This document shows, piece after piece, positions 27,570 through 40,867 of a stretch of 64,000 nt of DNA. Origin of the DNA: Octopus vulgaris. Its lineage: Eukaryota. Made by a program: the position numbers and the translations under genes. A model generated the notes under the pieces. That model was not told the origin of the DNA and made no database searches. It saw nothing but the letters and a program-made list of their open reading frames with translations. The stretch is from positions 58,466,001 to 58,530,000 of the forward strand of contig OX597817.1 of NCBI GenBank assembly GCA_951406725.2. Reading direction: 5' to 3'. The first letter of the stretch is position 1. Each line of letters starts with the position of its first letter.

Positions 27570-28150
27570 AGGCGGTGAGCAGGCAGAAACGTTAGCACGC
27601 CGGGCGAAATGCATTGCAGTATTTCGTCTGCCGTTACGTTCTGAGTTCAAATTCCGCCGAGGTCGACTTTGCCTTTCATCCTTTCGGGGTGGATAAATAA
27701 ATTACCAGTTACGCACTGGGGTCGATATAATCGACTTAATCCCTTTGTCTGTCCTTGTTTGTCCCCTCTGTGTTTAGCCCCTTGTGGGTAGTAAAGAAAT
27801 AGGTATTTCGTCCGGCGCTACGTTCTGAGTTCAAATTCCGCCGAGGTCGACTTTGCCTTTCATCCTTTCGGGGTGGATAAATAAATTACCAGTTACGCAC
27901 TGGGGTCGATATAAACGACTTAATCCCTTTGTCTGTCCTTGTTTGTCCCCTCTGTGTTTAGCCCCTTGTGGGTAGTAAAGAAATAGGTATTTCGTCCGGC
28001 GCTACGTTCTGAGTTCAAATTCCGCCGAGGTCGACTTTGCCTTTCATCCTTTCGGGGTCGATTAAATAAGTACCAGTGACGCACTGGGGTTGATCTATAC
28101 GACTGGTCCTCACCCCTGAAATTTCGGGCCTTGTGCCTAGAGCAGAAAAA
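27570..28150 (+). mobile_element. SINE family A trimer with a 184-bp internal unit
   Basis: Units start at 27619, 27803 and 27987; the last unit ends in a different tail (ggccttgtgcctagagcagaaaa). Confidence 0.92.
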
Positions 28151-28221
28151 AAAGAAAAAGAAAGAAAAAAATTAAACTTGACTATCATCGTTTTTCATAA
28201 TGCAGTCAGAAGATTAGTAGT

Positions 28222-28289
<68 letters not shown>

Positions 28290-28291
<2 letters not shown>

Positions 28292-28855
28292 TTACAAATA
28301 TCTTGGGTCATACATATCATCATCGGGAAAAGACTTTCTAACTAGAAAGGGTATGGCCTGGTCAGCCTGTAATGACATGCATAAGATCTGGTCATCAAAT
28401 CTAAGTAGAGACTTCAAACTTGAAATCTTCAAAGCCACAGTTGAACCAATTCTACTATATGGCTCAGAAACCTGGACGTTATCAAAGAAGCTTGAGAGGC
28501 GGTTGGATGGAACCTACACTCGCCTCCTTATGAGAGCTCAAAATCTCTCGTGGAAGCGCCATCCAACCAAAATGCAAATATATGGGAAACTACCACTTGT
28601 GTCATCTTTTGTGAAAGGTAAGAGAGTCCAGTTTGCTGGACATTGTTGTAGAGCTGAAAAAAAGGTAATTTCTACCCTTCTCCTCTGGAAGCCATCTACT
28701 CGCAATACCAGAGGGTGCACACTCTCCTACCCTGATGTAATCTCCAGGGATACAGGCATCCAGCAACAGGACCTCCGTAATGCCATGATGGACCGTGAAG
28801 AAAGCGTAGCATGGTAAATTCCATTGTCTTGACCACGGTCAAACAATGATGAATG
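28290..28855 (+). mobile_element. RTE-group LINE 3' fragment inside (TAG)n
   Basis: YKYLGSYI..AWSACN.MHKIWSS..EPILLYGSETW..FAGHC; short (GAT) tail; (GTA)n on both flanks. Confidence 0.85.
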
Positions 28856-30722
28856 AGTAGTAGTAGTAGTAGTAGTTCCCATAATCTCTGTATAATTTTC
28901 TCCCCTCAGCATTGTCGTGAGACTGGTATGGCTGGTCGATCCCTGAATGTGCTAATATTTTGTGCTCCAGTTCACTCAGCTGTAAAATGAGTTGCTACGT
29001 CACTGGTGTGAAGCTCTGTCAGCCAGGATAACATCAGTAGCATGGAGAAAGGAAGCTGGTATGCATGGTAGACTGCTGGTCTTCCATAAACAACCTTGCC
29101 CGGGCTTGTGCCTTGGAGGGAAACATTTTAGGTGCAATCCTATGGTGATTCATGACCGAAGGGGCTCTTTACCCTAAGTTCCCTAATTCGAAACGCACAT
29201 CCTCTCACTCTCTTTTTTCCCTTATGGTCATTAACTTCTATCATTATCTCGGAATTTTAATCCGCACAACGCTTTCGTAACGAGAGGCATGTCTGTAACG
29301 CTTTCGTAGCGGGGAACATCTGTATCTGCATGACTTTGTTTCATGGAAGAAAAAGAAAAGAAAACAAAAGAAAAAACAATAGCGCGAAGGAGAGTGAGGA
29401 TTTGGTGTGAATGCTTGCAACAACATCAACTTTGCTAAAAACACTCAAAGCTCAGAGGGTTGTGTGAAATCGTGCAGCTAGTGATGCGCATCGCCCCAGA
29501 TCTGATTTAAATTTCCATTTGTTATTTAGTAATTCTATGAATGCAAATATTCGATAACCTTCCATTTAGTGATACGTATCTTCATTAATATTGTATCAAT
29601 TATTTATTATAGCAAAGGAATGATTAGAAGACTACAGCCAATACCACTGCATCGTTAACAACACCACTCAATACTACAGCCAGCACGGCACTACAGCTTA
29701 AAACCTGAATATCACAATTTTGTCTGCTTAGGTCTGTTATGAGTCCCAGGATTCTTAAGGCCGGAACTTCACCCAGTTTCCACGGCTTAATAAGTGACTG
29801 AGATTATACTCCCCCCACCACTGGTCTGTCGCAGGGTTAACGTCACAGCTATTGTTGGACCTTGTTCACGGCTGAGTGGACTGGAGCAATTTGAAATGCA
29901 GTATTTTTCTCGGGAACACAACACACCGCCCGGTCCTCGGATCTACACCACAATCTAACGATCGTATGTGCAACTTCTTAATCAGCGGGTCACGCGCCTT
30001 CATCGCTTGTTCAGAGATCGATCAGAGCTGACCTGCGGTCTAAACAACATTAACCTCAATAACAATGACTGTCCCTTAAGAAGAGTATTTTTATAAATAA
30101 CACGGAAGAACAACTAAAATACAAAGTTAATATATTAGTTTCACACTGGAATGAAAAATGTTATAGGAATGTTCTTACGTTTCGGTTTAATTGTCTTTCA
30201 TCAAGAAAAGGAAAATAAGAAGAAATAAAAAAAAAATAAGCTCCGTGGATGAAGTACGCGCGCCCCCTCTTTCTCTCTTTTACACACATGCGCACAAACA
30301 TTCTCTCTCTCCCTTCGTCTCTTACACACCTACACACATATTCTCTATCTCTCACACACCCACTGGCACATTCTGTCTCTCTCTTCTCCCATACACACGA
30401 ACACACATTCTCTCTCATGTCTATCTATTTACACACACTCATACAGACATTTTCTCTGTCAGTTCCCCCCTCTCTCTCTCTCACACATACGTAAACATTT
30501 TTTCTCTCTCTCTTCTATATGCTCACACATTCTCTCTTTCTCTCTCTCACATACACTGACAGACACCTCAACAAAGAATTACCTGAGCTCTATAAACGAG
30601 CCAAGCTATCTATTTCAATGTTTTTCCATCCCATTCATTGAACTCATCGTGCATGTCACAACCGTTTTACCATTTTCTTGTTTTGTTGATTTTCTTGTTT
30701 TGTTGATTTTCTCGTCTTTCAG

Positions 30723-30845
30723 AAAACCTTTGAAGCCATACCCACCTGGCTGAACTATGTCACTCGATACGCTCCTCCTGACATACAAGTTACCCTTGTT
30801 GCCAACAAAATTGACTTACAAGAATACCAGACAATCGACACACGG
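30723..30845 (+). CDS. Rab5-like GTPase, exon 3 (123 nt)
   Basis: tttcag|KTFEAIPTWL..VTLVANKIDL (G4 NKxD)..|gtaagt. Confidence 0.93.
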
Positions 30846-31221
30846 GTAAGTCACGACAATCTTTTGGTACACACGTATAAAAGCTGTTTATACACCCATA
30901 TTAATACACGCACACATACACACACATACATGCACGCATGCACGTGCACTGGTTTCGAATTGTGCCACAAGGCCAGCAATTTTGAGAGAGGAGTTCACAT
31001 CAACCCCAATGTTCAGCAATGTACTAATTCTATAGACCCCAAAAGGATGAAGAGCAAAGTCGATCTTGGCGAAATATTAACCCAGAACGTACAGAGCCGG
31101 AAAAATGCCGTTAAGCATGTTATCCGGCACGGTGATAATTCTGTCTCCTCGCTGCTTTACATACATACACACAACAACTACGAAGACAACAACAATAATA
31201 ATAATAATAATAATAATAATG

Positions 31222-31437
31222 ATGATCCTTTCTACTTTAGGCACAAGGCCTGACATTTTGGGGGAGGGGATGAGTCAATTACGTCGACCCCAGTACTCAA
31301 CCGGTACGTAATTTATCGACCCCGAAGAATGAAAGCAAAGTCGACCTCGGCGGAATTTGAACTCAGAACATAAAGACAGATAAAATGCCGCTAAGCATTT
31401 TTCCCGGCGTGCAAACGATTCTGCCAGCTCGCTGCCT
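31222..31437 (-). mobile_element. SINE family A monomer with tail 2 and (ATT)n
   Basis: Head, core, then ccttgtgcctaaagtagaaagg followed by (ATT)n. Confidence 0.85.
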
Positions 31438-31844
31438 TAATAATAATAAATAACGAAATCATACATTGTCCACAGTACAGAACAGGTCTTTGCTATTTGC
31501 ATCATTTGTATACAGCAAATAAGCTCTATTGAATATGTATTAACAGCCAGTAATAATGGCGGTACGACAAACAGCAGATAATGCTTGGGTGGCAGGCAGA
31601 CGACAAATCCCCATTGTTGTCAATGAATGTTACAGATGTGATTCATATATCTCAGATCTCACATGAGTCGCCATGTGATTGTCAAATGTGGCCTGGATAG
31701 TTAGGGAGGCGAGCTGGGTAGATGGGAGGGTATTTAGAAATAATTACATGCTGTGTCTTCACAAATTATCCCTTTTCATTCGGCAGTGATAATCAGCCGA
31801 GTTGAATTATAATCACCTAAATAGATTTCCAATAATAGTTATTC

Positions 31845-31927
<83 letters not shown>

Positions 31928-31986
31928 GTCCGTTTGTCTGTCTGTCTCAATACACTCACACACATATACATACATACACACACATT

Positions 31987-32027
<41 letters not shown>

Positions 32028-32335
32028 GTATGTATGTGTGTATATATATAAAGGCGCTGGCGTGGGTGGGTGCTAACAAGATTGCTTCCCAATCACACGG
32101 TTCCGAGTTCAGTCCAACTGCGTGGCACATTTGGTCAAGTATTTTCCGTTATAATCTCAGCCCGACCAAATCCTTGTGAGTAGATTTGGTAGATGGAAAC
32201 TGAAAGAAGCTCACTATATTCATACATAAGCATATGTGTATGTGTATATCTTTGTAGTTGTCCCTTACCACGCTTGTATAAATGTTTGTGTGTGTGTGTG
32301 TGTGTGTGACTACATATATATAAATATATATGCAA

Positions 32336-32366
<31 letters not shown>

Positions 32367-32389
32367 TGTATATATATATATGTATATAT

Positions 32390-32432
<43 letters not shown>

Positions 32433-32856
32433 CACACATACACACACAGACATTGACTGTACACAACTAAAAATATTTCAACCTATTTACTATTTATGAC
32501 TGAAACATTCCAGTGAAATATTACAGTCGAGCTAAATAATAATAATAATGATAATAATTATAGAAATATTAATTATAATAATCCATTTCCTGTTGTCCTA
32601 TATTTACTTATTAGCCATACGATCATCATCATCAGCAGCAGCTCATATTTCACTCGAGGCGTCGCTCAGAACAGCTCTCCCAGCCCTTTTTTGTTCATTT
32701 GAATAACTCAACTTCAACAACACGGCCCTTACTTTATCAAACAGTTATAGTTAAACTTTGAAAAATGTAGACGATAGAAATATATGAATTTATTAGTCAA
32801 ATCAAAGTGGTTTTTTTCTAAAATCCTTACATGCAAAACAAAAATAGTGTTAAATA

Positions 32857-34154
32857 CGAGAGGGGAACCCAAAAGAAACCGGAATTTTGCAATGTTGTTT
32901 TATTCACTTAGTTTTATATGATTATATTTTTATCGCCTTCAAAGTGTTCTCCATTTGAAGCAATGCATCGGCCCAGTGTTTGAAGCAGTCCTGGAGCTTT
33001 TACGAAGTGATGCCTTTTAACGCCTCCGTCGTTTTCTTTTTCTTCACACCTTCCACATCTTCAAAATGTTGCCCTTTAAAGACTTTTTTCATTCGGGGAA
33101 ACAAAAAAAAAATGTCACAGGGAACAAGATCGTGTGAATAGGGAGGGTGGGTTAACGGGGCCAATTTTGGTCAAAATCTATCAAACTCAAGGCAGTGTGC
33201 GAAGGTGTATTGTCATGATGAAACCACTCTTTATTTTTGTCACAGGTCGAGGTGTTTATGTCTCGCAAATGCTTCGCAACTGCCAAGTAAAATGTCTGGT
33301 TAACAGTTTGACCAGAAGGAACAAATCCTGTGCGGACATTTCCTTTCGTATCGACGAAAGAAACCAGCATCGTTTTGATATTGGACTTCACTTGATGCAC
33401 TTTTTTTGAGGCGTGGTGATATTTAATGCTTCCATTGTCTTGATTGCTGCCCCATTTCCTGGTCGTAGCCGTAGCACCAGCTTTCGTCACCAGAGATGAC
33501 CTTCGAAAAAAGCTCCGGACCAACTTCTAACTGTTCTTTCAGTTCATGACACTCATTCAATTGTGACTGCTTTTGATCTTCCGTGAGCAAGCGGGGCGCA
33601 AATTTTGCTGCAACTCTTCATTCGCAATTCCTCACCCAAAATTCATTGGCAGGAACTCCAGGACACATCAGTCATATCAACAAGTTCGTCAATTGTTAGG
33701 TGATGGCCTCCCCAAGATCAGTTCATGAATTATCATGATGTTTTCATTCATTCAGAAGGTCCACGGTCACCCTGAACAAGGTTGGTCTTCAAGCAACAAG
33801 TCACCCTTCCTAAAGCGTGAAAACCACTCATAAACTTGTGTTTTGCTCATGGCAGCGTTCCTATAAGCTGTCTGAAATATTACAACTGTTTGGTGCATTG
33901 TTTTCCCCAGCAGAAAACAGAATTTCTCGGAAGCAAGCAGTTCCTTCGTTTCAGCCATCGCAAAAATCGACGAATACTGGGAATAGCACTGCAAAACAAA
34001 GATGCATTACGTAGCAGTACGACTCCACCTGACGACGCCAGTCCGCAAACTGATGCCTGAGGGTCACATCAAGAAACTACTAGTGGCGGAAGCCAGAACT
34101 ATCATGGGCTTGTCCCACAGAGAACATTTCCGGTTACTTCTGGGTACCTCCTCG
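32857..34154 (-). mobile_element. Full-length, defective mariner transposon (~1.3 kb) in Rab intron 3
   Basis: TA TSDs at 32855-56 and 34155-56; ~28-bp imperfect TIRs; frameshifted transposase KFCFLLGK..VYEWFSRF, KSNIKTML..F, HHDNTPSHT. Confidence 0.92.
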
Positions 34155-34199
34155 TACTTATAGAATACAAATTAATAGCTTCAATTCATTGGAGCTACT

Positions 34200-34620
34200 A
34201 GACTTGATGTGTATAGTAAGAGACTGGCTGGAATTGGTCAAGGGATAATTATACCCCTGATGAAACCTCAATGAGTGTCGAAAATCGATTAAGGCAGGCT
34301 GTTCACCATTGTTTTTCAATCTACAAAGTAAATTCGACATTTTTGTATGTCGACTATGTTGGTTGATATGCATACATACATGCATGCATACATACCTGCA
34401 TACATGCATACATACATGCATACATACATACATACATACATACATACATACATACATAATAGCTTAAAAGCCGCCCTGGCAGCTTTTGAGCTAGTATATA
34501 GCTTTTAAACAACTGACCCTGAATGGGAAGATCTGCAAACAGATCTCCGACTTGTTTTGGACAATTTGTTGCAATTGCTTCCTCCAGAGTTATATCCCAA
34601 TGATGATCATACTCGTCGCA
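34200..34620 (-). mobile_element. Helitron Rep/helicase remnant interrupted by a microsatellite
   Basis: DHHWDITLEEAIATNCPKQVGDLFA resembles the Helitron D.HWD.TL.EA....P..LR.LFA motif. Confidence 0.55.
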
Positions 34621-35517
34621 AAAAATCATGTAAAAAAAATATGAATGACGGTAAGAAATTGAAATGTACGCAGGCGACATGGAGTTGACTTTTATGTAAA
34701 TAAACTGAATGTTTCTGTGTTCACACTCCCCATTTTCCTAATGTTATGTTATTCAAATTTTGTTCTCCTATATCGGATAGATGAAAACATGTATAACGAC
34801 CACTGGAGCTCCATCAGTGAAAAGAACTGATGTCGAAGAAGAACCACCAATAAACACCAATACTAACACAAATTAACACATTCCAGGAAAATTAATCGTT
34901 ATGGAACTAAACTGGTGTACGCTTGGAGGAAATGCATCCCCCGTTGAAAGGGCAACCTCTTTATCCCTTAGACCCCACCCTTGCTTCCCCCACTCTCGCC
35001 TCCCCCACACACCACACCACCACACCACACACCACCATACCACACCACACCACCCCGCAGACACTAGCACTGATCATTTCCCAGCACCTACACCATCATC
35101 CACATACCTACACATGCACACACGCACACGTCAAAGTCATCAGCCTCCTTCCACCTGCACATATACGCTCTCATATACACACGCACGCGCATCATTTTGG
35201 AATCACCACTACTTTATTATCTCTCTTTCTTCCTATCTTTCCTGTCTGACTCGGCATTCGCCATGATAGATCGCTAGCAACTAAACCTTTTAAAATTTTC
35301 TCTCTGCTTATTTCTATGTTCCTTTCTGTTGAAGAGCGTAGGCTCGAAATGTAAAAGACTTTCTCACTTCCCGAGCGTTAAACTGATAGCTTATATGATG
35401 TATACTAATGATATACAAACACTAAAATAATCTTGGATATATATATATAGCTACTTCTAAAAAGGATTTAAACTTTATGGAATACATCTCAACCATTTAA
35501 CGTCTTATCTTCAACAG

Positions 35518-35611
35518 TTTGCCAAAACGTTTGCAGAAGAACATAACATTTCATTTGAAGCTGTTTCTGCTAAAACTGGAGAAAACGTAGAGAAACTCTT
35601 CAACAACCTTG
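35518..35611 (+). CDS. Rab5-like GTPase, exon 4 (94 nt)
   Basis: caacag|FAKTFAEEHNISFEAVSAKTGENVEKLF (G5 SAK)|gtaaga, phase 1. Confidence 0.93.
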
Positions 35612-36826
35612 GTAAGAATTCGTTTTTAATTACGGCTGTATTTCTTTCATAAAATATCTTGTATAATGTTTTTATGAATATCCCGAAAACTCCACGCAAC
35701 CTTGGCTTCGTTGTCTCATTTTATTTAACATTCCCTCAATTTGGACTTTTATTTGCATTCATAGCAAATAATATATATAAATCACAGTATGTGTGTATAT
35801 TGACTAGCGCATACATTTCCACAATTCTCAACCGATTTTCACCAAACTTTACACACATATTACTTATGTGCCAATGATGGTCATGTACTATAACATTCTG
35901 CCCAGAACTCCCGCGTAAATGGACAAACCAGGAAAAACGGTGGTTTACACAGGTTTTTCTCTAATTAGTTGTATGTAAATAGTTTTTTTTTCTATGTGGA
36001 GTCTTCCATGCTTTTTCAATCTCTATTGTCTATTGGCATTAAAGAATACTATTTAGTGGTTTTTCACATTATTTTTGATTTATAATTATTTATATGTTGT
36101 AATTGTGTATTATTACTTTCTATATTTTCTATATGTGCATACGAGGGTTTTGGTTAGAGAATATTATAAAAGTTAAAGGATTTTGTCTATTTCGACTGTT
36201 TTCCATACTCTTTTAATCTATATGGTCATATAAAATATACATAATATATATAATATATTAATATATATACATACATACAAATATATATGTATATATGTGT
36301 GTGTGTGTACGCGTGTGATTATAAATATAATTATATTAAAGGGTACTGATAAATAACACCAATATGCTATTGATAAACGCCAAATAGCTCTAGAAGCCAC
36401 ATCTTACACTCCGTTAGCACAGGCTTAAAGCCAGAAAATGAATAAAGAACATTAAAAAACGATTTCTAGCTTATAAAATTCCTTTAACGTCTTCAGTTTA
36501 ATATACCCATAGTACATAAATATCTATACATACCCAAACGAATAATACATATCTACATATATATATATATCTTCACACATATATACGAGTCTAATCTAAT
36601 TTATTCATCTCAACCACGTGCGCTTACATCCCAAATAATACCGCAGTGAATATAAATTGATCAGAGTAAATAATATATATTCATACAGGTTGGTGTTGTT
36701 TATCAACACCCTTTACTATAATTATATTTACAATTATGTATTAGTATTGTTACCTATATGGCTTTTATTACGCGCTGGCCACTTGATAAATTCTTTATAA
36801 TGATTATATCCTCAATTATGTGTATG

Positions 36827-36899
<73 letters not shown>

Positions 36900-37226
36900 T
36901 GTAGATGTGGATGCATGTATGTATGAAAGTACATACATTTCTGTTGATTCGCTGAGGTGTGATAAGCAAGAGAACTCGATACGTATATGTACAGTACTCT
37001 TTAATACATTATAATTAAAAACCTCCAAATTTTCCGTACTCCGAGTTGTACGTTCCCATTCATTCTGCTGGTAATCTAAATCTGTTTTCTCTTAAATTAT
37101 CTGATTATTCGAAAGTTATAAATAAATCATTCCTCTTTATGTTTTTATTTCTTTCCTACAAAAAGGCCTGTTTCAAGCTCACGTTTTCCATTTCATTTCT
37201 GGCTCTCGTAGAAATAGTCTAATCAC

Positions 37227-37609
37227 CAAAGGTGGACACCATTAATCGAAAAGTTGGCTTCGTTAACCGTCAATCCGTTAACCAAAGAGTTAACTGCGAT
37301 AACTGTGAATCAGTTAATTATTTCCTAATGTTACAGAAATTATCAATAAACCATTAACGTTAATTTCTATTATAGAAAAAAATAAAAAATTCCGTTTTTG
37401 CTCTCAAACACCACATAAAAAATACTCCTAAAACGTGCCAAAACTACAAAATCCTTTAACTTCAATTCAATTGAAATTAACTCAAGTTGACTTGAGTAAA
37501 CAGAAGTTAAATGTAACGGAAATTAATTAGTCTGATAATGATTTCCAAAGTTAACTTGAAAGTTAAAGCGTTAACGAATAGCGTATAAACGGTTTGGTAC
37601 CCAGGTTTG
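37227..37609. mobile_element. hAT-type MITE with GTTAAC-rich subterminal repeats
   Basis: Perfect 8-bp TSD ctaatcac (37219-37226 and 37610-37617); imperfect TIRs caaaggtggacacc / ggtacccaggtttg. Confidence 0.8.
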
Positions 37610-37722
37610 CTAATCACTTTAAATCTCTTGAACGTCATACGAAGGGAGGTCACTCTAAAAACTACAATCATGGAATTGTCTTTTTATGGTTTATGGCTTT
37701 GGCAATATTTGTGGAAGTTGTA

Positions 37723-37930
37723 AGGCGGCGAGCTGGCAGAAACGTTAGCACGCCGGGCGAAATGCTTAGCGGTATTTCGTCTGCCGCTACGTTTTGAGTT
37801 CAAATTCCGCCGAGGTCGACTTTGCCTTTTCTCTCTTTCGGGGTCAATAAATTGAGTACCAGTTGCGTACACGGGTCGATCTAATCGACTAGTCCTCTCC
37901 CCTAAAATTTCGGGCCTTGTAGAAAAGTAT
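37723..37930 (+). mobile_element. SINE family A monomer (tail 2)
   Basis: ggcggcgagctggcagaaacg..gagttcaaattcc..aaaatttcgggccttgt. Confidence 0.88.
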
Positions 37931-38132
37931 ATTTGTGGCAGTTGTGGTTATGATTTTGGCGTTTGTCATACTTTGTGATGGTGATGGTGGAGATGGTGGT
38001 GGAGTTTGTAATGAGGGGTTTCGTTGTTGTTAGCCGTGGAGCTAGAAACGATGGTGTTGTTAGTATTGTTGTTGGTGGTAGTGGTGGTGTTACTTTTGCT
38101 TAAATAACATTTCTCTTTCCTCCATTTTGTAG

Positions 38133-38239
38133 CCAAGAAACTTCCACCAGAAGTAATTGTCAATAAGCATTCTGCGAACCATTCCATAAAGTTGACCGAT
38201 GAAAAAAAGTCCTTGACCAAATGCTGTCGTATCAGATGA
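38133..38239 (+). CDS. Rab5-like GTPase, exon 5 (107 nt including stop)
   Basis: ttgtag|AKKLPPE..TKCCRIR*; di-cysteine prenylation motif. The five exons total 645 nt = 214 aa + stop with consistent phases. Confidence 0.88.
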
Positions 38240-38912
38240 CCGTTTCCTCCGTCTCTTCCACTCATTCAAAACATGCTGCTGATATTTAAGATTTATTTAA
38301 ACTCTTTTCATCCGTTTAAAAAAGATAATTCATTCATATTTTCGACAAACATTTCTGTTATTTATGCACTTTGAACGTTTTTACCATTAAAGAATCGTAT
38401 TTGCTTTTTCTTATATTATGTCATGGCATCTTGAACTGTCATGGCGTCTTGCTTCAGCGACATGACACACAAGGGAGATAACTCTGGAAAAGATTCCTGT
38501 TGTAAGCTGTTTAAAACCGAGTGAGTAAATTTATTATTAAATGCATTCCAATAATGACCATCAGGACTTTTTAGAAATTTATAAGACTATATAATGGGTT
38601 CTTTCCTTTCTGAAGATGGTAGGGTGTGATTTAAGGGACGTTTTGTTGTTTTTTGCAGGTTGGTAGAAACAACAGGTAGACGCTTCGTCTAGTTAGGGAC
38701 CACGATACGGGAACATCAGAACTAGGTCAACCAGTTCACATATTTTAACGTCTCGTCATTCATTATGAACTGTCTTCCATCTACAAAGAGTGGTATTTAA
38801 TTAACCAGCTGATGCTGATGTTGTTGTTGGTTAGCCCTAGGCCAGTCTTCATTAACACAAACTATATGATAAAAAAAAGCATTCCAATCTCGACAGTCTG
38901 GTAGCTCTAGAC

Positions 38913-38979
38913 CAGCATTTTTCAAACTGCGGGTCCTGACCCCTCAGTGGGTCGCGACAAAAATGTCTGAAAAACGTTG
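38913..38979. mobile_element. 67-bp hAT (MER5-like) mini-element
   Basis: TIRs cagcatttttcaaac / gtctgaaaaacgttg; perfect 8-bp TSD ctctagac. Confidence 0.8.
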
Positions 38980-39214
38980 CTCTAGACAGAGCTGCATTAA
39001 TTAACTATGTCCAATCCTTTTTAGGATAGAAAAACGTAGTTCAGAGGAGACTTGGCTGCTGTTTCCTGCACAGTTGATAAGTTTATTGGGCTTTCTCATT
39101 CACCTCCTTTGCTCGCTCTCTCGATTCTAGGCTATGCTTTGAAATATTTTCTCATTATTCAAAAGATGCAGGAATAAGAACTTAGTCATTGACCAATAGA
39201 AGTTTCCATGGATT

Positions 39215-40040
39215 TCCAGTTTTATAAACCTCTCTGGTATAAACTGGTCAACTATAATAAAAAAGAGAGGACTGAAAATCGAGTCTTGATGGACACCTAC
39301 CTACAATCTTCCTAAATTCCTTGCTGAACTCATTACTAAATCTCACCATGCCGACAAGATCTTGGTAGATGGTTTGCATGGCGCCCACATTAGTTTCCTT
39401 AGCTGCCATCAGACTACAGAGCACGGTATCTTGATAGACCGGAAGCTTACCGTTGCCCCCAAACAACTTCTCTTGTAGTTGTTTCACTATGAACAGGGCA
39501 GACGCAATATCCCGTTCTAATTTAAACCAAAAATGCATCTCATCCACGCCAATACTTTTCCTAATCGGTTGTGTCATAACAATTCTTTCGGTTACTATCA
39601 TAACTTTGATGCTTCTGTAGACATTTCTTTCCAGACTATCTTACTCGCCCTTGAAATTAATAGGCCAGTCATTAGCTATTAAACCTCATTGAAAAATCTA
39701 TTTAACCATACGAGTAACATCTCGTCCTTCGCCGGATATTTTCGGCATCTCACTGACTATTCCTGACGGTCCAGCAGCTATCTCACCGTCTCCATATCAT
39801 TAATTGCACACTCGAATGGCTGTCAATTTTAATAGCTAACCCGTCTGTTGGGTCTACGTGGGGTAATCCATCTGTCGGCCCCGTACATCCTTATAATCTA
39901 CTAGCCAATCCTGGAAATATGCCCTCTTCCTCTTGTTGCCAGTGATGCCAAATGCACCGTTTTCATCCCGTATAACGCCTCGATTCTCTGTGTTCCATTG
40001 TCTTGCAATCATAAACACTTCACGCCTCTTTCTGCGCGCT
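39215..40040 (-). mobile_element. Degraded RTE LINE RT fragment
   Basis: AAGPSGIVSEM, ALFIVKQLQEK and neighbouring RT motifs with stops and frameshifts. Confidence 0.7.
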
Positions 40041-40094
40041 AAATACGATACATACATACATACATTCATACATACATTCATACATACATACATA

Positions 40095-40189
<95 letters not shown>

Positions 40190-40332
40190 GCGAATGGGAT
40201 GTGGGTTCGAGTCCCACGTGTACGGGAAAGCCTACTTTTTCCGTCGAGGGCTTATATGCCTCATCAGTAGACTATTTCCATTAGTCATTTAAACGGTGAT
40301 CGCTATAAGCTTTAAGCTTATAACAAAATACC

Positions 40333-40409
<77 letters not shown>

Positions 40410-40825
40410 ATATACCCTCTTAAATGTAGATGTTTTTTTAGAAAAACTATTTATCGGTATTTATCATGAAAGAAATTCTCATATTGGATTTTGGGTTGCG
40501 AAATGCGCCGCTCTTGTTTATATCCGCAATCTTGTTTAAATCCCCAGTCTCCCACCGCCAGCGATATAAACACGAGTGCATTTATCTCTAAAAGACAATA
40601 AAAAAGTTTCTCTCATGATATCCGCTACAGTTTAGTTCTAACAGAACATTCATGTTAAGTGGGGATAAATATCACTTCTCGGTATCAATATTGCTTCTGT
40701 CGGTAATATGTGTATATATATATATGTGTATGTGTGCGTGTGTAAATACATACATATATATATACACAATACTTACTTACATATAAACATACCTAATTGT
40801 AAAATGACTTAATTGTAACAATGTG

Positions 40826-40867
<42 letters not shown>

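Noticed and set aside
27619-28150. CRISPR-like array
   Set aside because: Contiguous 184-bp SINE units without unique spacers or cas genes, in eukaryotic DNA.
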